Shown: positions 60,684 to 64,000 of the stretch, in pieces
How positions within the stretch are numbered: the first letter of the stretch is position 1
How the letters are laid out: every line of letters begins with the position of its first letter
Source: Limnochordia bacterium
GTDB taxonomy: Bacteria > Bacillota > Limnochordia > DTU080
NCBI GenBank assembly: GCA_050951545.1
Contig: JBMNJG010000005.1
Location: forward strand, 128,001 to 192,000
DNA: 64,000 nucleotides
Reading direction: 5' to 3'
Made by a program: the position numbers and the translations under genes
Notes under the pieces: generated by a model
What the model saw: the letters and a program-made list of their open reading frames with translations, nothing else
The model's database searches: none
What the model was told of the DNA's origin: nothing

Positions 60684-62300
60684 CTACTCGCCTCGGACCT
60701 CGAATCCATAGACCGCCACAGCGGCCCAACGCGCACTGATCCCACCAAGATGGGGCTGGAATTCCCCCACCTGTGCAGGCAGGTCAACTACCGCCTCGAT
60801 GAGACCATCTATCGCCAAAGCCACCCGGCCCGCCTCGTAGACTACGGCAAGCCGATGGTCGTTCCCGTCGTTATACAGATCACCGATGGCGCCTTGGCAC
60901 AACAGCACCTGCTCGTCTTGGCTGTCTGAGAACGAAATCTGCACGTGATTGGTGTCCTTGAGCCCTCCGCCCATCCAGTAACCACAGCGCAGATGCCGTC
61001 CTTGTCTATCTTGCAGGACGAGCTCAAAACCACCGGGCTCTGTACCAAACTCTCCTGTGAAACGGTACTCGGCCGTCAGTGTCGTGACCCCCTGTCCCCC
61101 ATGGGGCAGGTCGAGAAAGGCCGTGGCATTCGTGGGGCTATACTTTGACCTCCAAGCACTGACGGGTGGGCGCTTCAGATCACTAAGCCTGGTCCGGGCA
61201 AACCAGATAATGCCTCCCTGTGGAGCAGGCATTGTCTCATACAGCACCGTGCCCACGGTCTCACTATCGATCTGAGTGGCTGCCGGATAGGAGCGATCTC
61301 CGCTCAAACTGGCATCGAACACATCGATGCTTGATACCACTTGCCAGCTTGCGCCATGATCCTCCGACACTACCTGCCTTTCGTTGCGTCGCTCGCGAAA
61401 CGAGAAGGTCACGAGAAGACGCCCGTCATGCAACCTGATGATGTCAGGCGGGGTAGATTGCGAGGGGATGCTGGAGGGCCGCGGCGGCTGCCAGCTTCGC
61501 CCACCATCATACGATTCAGTTTGCCACAGAAACGGGTCTGTGTTAGAGCGGATGAGGGCCACTAATCGTCCGTCAGCGGCCTGAGTCAAAGCCCATTCGT
61601 CGCTCACGTTTCTTTGACCCACTGGAGTGACTGGCAAGACCTCGCTGGTGCCATCCTCAGGATGGAAGATCCCGAGGTAGGCTGCTTTCGCCGTACTGAT
61701 ACAGTCATACATGGGCACGAGCCACTCCACCCGCCCATCCGATGTATGCGCTTCCAGAGGGCTGCTGCGCGTACGCAAGAGAGCGTTCTCACCGATTCTC
61801 ACAGGTGATGTCCACGCCCGCCCCTCGTCGCTGCTCGTAGCCAGAAAGACACCGAAGTCTTGGGCCTGCCAGTACTTGTTCCAGACGTGCACGATTCGCC
61901 CATCGGCAGCGCACATCAGCGCTGAATTGCGGTCATCAAGACTGGGATCATCATAGATCAGCCACGGCTGTGACCAACTGTGTCCCCCATCGAGGCTCTC
62001 CGCCATCATGACGCGGCCATCCGTTAACTGCTGGCCTCCGGCATGTGTCAGGCCGTCGCGATAGACCACCAGAAGTCGGCCCTGATTTGTCCGACATATT
62101 CCTGGGAAGGCCACGTGCCGAGAACTTACCACCACGGGGGTCTTCTCCCTGTTCTCCTCAGAACAGGGAGTAGGCAGCGACTCCCAACCTGTACTGTGCA
62201 CGAAGCTCACTGGCCAGGGAAGGGCCCTACCTTTGACGGAAGCCGCCTCAGCTAGTTTGATCAGATGGGCTGTAGATAGGGGATTGGCCGACTGGGTCAT
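60684..62300 (-). CDS. BNR/Asp-box beta-propeller (sialidase-like) glycosidase with C-terminal beta-sandwich
   Basis: Four Asp boxes: SLDGGHSW, SSDEGRAW, SYDGGRSW, SEDHGASW; AFP and SYP motifs. Confidence 0.8.
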   Translation of the reverse strand: MTQSANPLSTAHLIKLAEAASVKGRALPWPVSFVHSTGWESLPTPCSEENREKTPVVVSSRHVAFPGICRTNQGRLLVVYRDGLTHAGGQQLTDGRVMMAESLDGGHSWSQPWLIYDDPSLDDRNSALMCAADGRIVHVWNKYWQAQDFGVFLATSSDEGRAWTSPVRIGENALLRTRSSPLEAHTSDGRVEWLVPMYDCISTAKAAYLGIFHPEDGTSEVLPVTPVGQRNVSDEWALTQAADGRLVALIRSNTDPFLWQTESYDGGRSWQPPRPSSIPSQSTPPDIIRLHDGRLLVTFSFRERRNERQVVSEDHGASWQVVSSIDVFDASLSGDRSYPAATQIDSETVGTVLYETMPAPQGGIIWFARTRLSDLKRPPVSAWRSKYSPTNATAFLDLPHGGQGVTTLTAEYRFTGEFGTEPGGFELVLQDRQGRHLRCGYWMGGGLKDTNHVQISFSDSQDEQVLLCQGAIGDLYNDGNDHRLAVVYEAGRVALAIDGLIEAVVDLPAQVGEFQPHLGGISARWAAVAVYGFEVRGE

Positions 62301-62315
62301 CTTCGGATCTTCCTT

Positions 62316-63572
62316 TCAGGGGATTCCCAAGGCTGCCTTCAGGTCTGTTTCGGCATCCGCTATCGCCTGGTTGACCGTCACTGACTGGTTCACGGCCTTA
62401 CCCACCATCGAACCTAGGATACCGAACACCCGATCAGTGGGCACGGTTGGCAGCCTATCCCCGTAGGTGAGTTCCTCGGCAAACAGACGTCGTAGCGGTT
62501 CGCCGCGCAATATCTGCTGATAGGTCTTGTGGGCCATTGATGAGCGGCGTACGGGTAAATAACCGGAGATTGCAGACCACTTGGCGTTGGCTTCTGTGTT
62601 GGTCATCCAGTCGACGAAACGCCAAGCGGCCGCCTCGCGCTGGGGATTCGTCTTGACTATGACCACAGACTCCCCACCGGCAGACGAATAGCGCGCTTTT
62701 CTCTGCGGTTGGGCCACTGCCCCGAGGTTGGTCGTACCGAGAGTCGCATACTGCGGCAGACGATAGCTTCCCTGTACCTCAAAGCCCAACAGACCATTGG
62801 CAAACCCCGTCTGCCATCCCCCTGTGGGCATCGGTGCTATCTGATAGGTGTGGAGAATATCTACCATAAACTGCAGTGCTTCTACCGCTTCAGGCTTGTT
62901 GATGGTGACTTGCTTGCCATCTGCAGAGAGCACCCGTCCGCCAGCGGCGCCGAGGAAATCAATGAAGTGCCGCCAGTCGTTGACAGTGCTAAAGGCGTAG
63001 CGATCAGGAGGGCTAGCGATTTTCTTGCACTGACGAATGAAGTCATCCCATGTCCAGTTCTCTGGTGGATCAGCAACCCCGTACTGATTCAGAATATCCC
63101 TGTTATAGAACATGAGCATGTTATTCGTGTCAAAGGGCAGGCAATACGCGGAGCCTTCATGCTTGCTGGTCTCCCACAGTGCGGGGAAGAAATCTCGGCT
63201 ATAGGCTTCCAGTTTGCCCTCCCTTTTCATGATCTCCTGGAGATTAACGAGGACTCCCTGGTGGGCATAGGCGGCGACAGATATCCAGTTCATCCAGACC
63301 ACGTCAGGCGGGACACCCGCCGCTATCGTTACGGGAAGCTTCTGCGACCAACCACTCTCTAGCACAGTCTCCACCTGTATGTCAGCATGCTCTTGGTTAA
63401 ACTCTTCTGCCAGGCCCTTGACGTTCTCGAAGTTTGGCCCTGCCACATAGAACCAGAAGGTCAGAGGGACAGGCGAAGAGCATGCGGTAACTACAAGACC
63501 TAGCATCGTACAGACCGCTACAACCAACGCCAAGCTGGCTTTCTTTTCTCCTACCTCGTAGGGCTGCATCAC
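62316..63572 (-). CDS. Sugar ABC transporter substrate-binding lipoprotein
   Basis: Lipobox VTAC, AAG.PPDV, FYNRD, WTWDD, AAWRFVDW, GYLPVR. Confidence 0.9.
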   Translation of the reverse strand: MMQPYEVGEKKASLALVVAVCTMLGLVVTACSSPVPLTFWFYVAGPNFENVKGLAEEFNQEHADIQVETVLESGWSQKLPVTIAAGVPPDVVWMNWISVAAYAHQGVLVNLQEIMKREGKLEAYSRDFFPALWETSKHEGSAYCLPFDTNNMLMFYNRDILNQYGVADPPENWTWDDFIRQCKKIASPPDRYAFSTVNDWRHFIDFLGAAGGRVLSADGKQVTINKPEAVEALQFMVDILHTYQIAPMPTGGWQTGFANGLLGFEVQGSYRLPQYATLGTTNLGAVAQPQRKARYSSAGGESVVIVKTNPQREAAAWRFVDWMTNTEANAKWSAISGYLPVRRSSMAHKTYQQILRGEPLRRLFAEELTYGDRLPTVPTDRVFGILGSMVGKAVNQSVTVNQAIADAETDLKAALGIP

Positions 63573-63637
63573 ATTTCCACCCTCTCTTTTGTAGTGGCTC
63601 CTGGTCTGGCCCTGATCTAGCCTCGTTCAATCGTCTG

Positions 63638-64000
63638 TCAGCCGATGTCCACCCCCCCATCCATATTCACCTGAGGCTGCTTCCCCCACGCTCCGTGGTA
63701 GCGCCACAGATGCCGCAACAGAATTCCCTGCGCATCAGCCAGATCGCTGGCAGCCAGAGCGTCTCGCATCTGAAGGTGTTCCTGAGCGAACAGTCGTCTT
63801 TGCGCAGGTGTCGTGACTATCCGGTTACGCGGATGCGAGAAGAAATCCTCAATGACCTTGGCCAGCTCCAGAATGATGGTGTTCCCCGCCAGTACGAGGA
63901 GCGTCCGGTGATACTCCATGTCTAGCTTCATGAACAGCGGAGGGGCGAAGATCGCCTTCTCCATCTCCGCCAAGATCTCGTCGAGCTGTGTCAAGCCTTG
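63638..64000 (-). CDS. FadR/GntR regulator, C-terminal FCD domain (runs off window end)
   Basis: D..YHRTL...AGN, EH..M.DAL...D...A...L.RH. Confidence 0.75.
   Translation of the reverse strand, partial: QGLTQLDEILAEMEKAIFAPPLFMKLDMEYHRTLLVLAGNTIILELAKVIEDFFSHPRNRIVTTPAQRRLFAQEHLQMRDALAASDLADAQGILLRHLWRYHGAWGKQPQVNMDGGVDIG

Noticed and set aside
60323-60787. 154-aa minus-strand ORF
   Set aside because: It overlaps both neighbours and has no recognisable motif; probably intergenic.

Overview
A chromosomal window from a moderately GC-rich, probably anaerobic, spore-forming Bacillota genome (T-box leader, OLE RNA, SpoIID, DegV, Rex, [FeFe]-hydrogenases). Most of it is housekeeping and metabolic genes: tyrS with a Tyr T-box, secDF, fucI, GH4 alpha-galactosidase, trkAH, glnS, potABCD, a sensory plus bifurcating [FeFe]-hydrogenase operon ending in a second rex, and sugar/amino-sugar clusters. 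Three things stand out. (1) At 1.4-5.05 kb, a gene for a tandem winged-HTH + Vsr/DUF559-like endonuclease is bracketed by two palindromes sharing a CGGTGGCC core. It abuts about 5.4 non-coding, mosaic, hairpin-rich tandem repeats of ~408 bp. This is the best candidate for an undescribed system. (2) An OLE ncRNA + oapA unit with its own sigma-A promoter lies back-to-back with secDF, outside its usual gene neighbourhood. (3) A 116-aa signal-bearing leader ORF precedes secDF, and its stop-codon region can pair with the secDF Shine-Dalgarno, which is the layout of a ribosome-arrest monitoring peptide. Three single-base frameshifts (nuclease gene, secDF, amidohydrolase) may be sequencing errors. 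All calls come from reading the sequence by eye; no searches were run.
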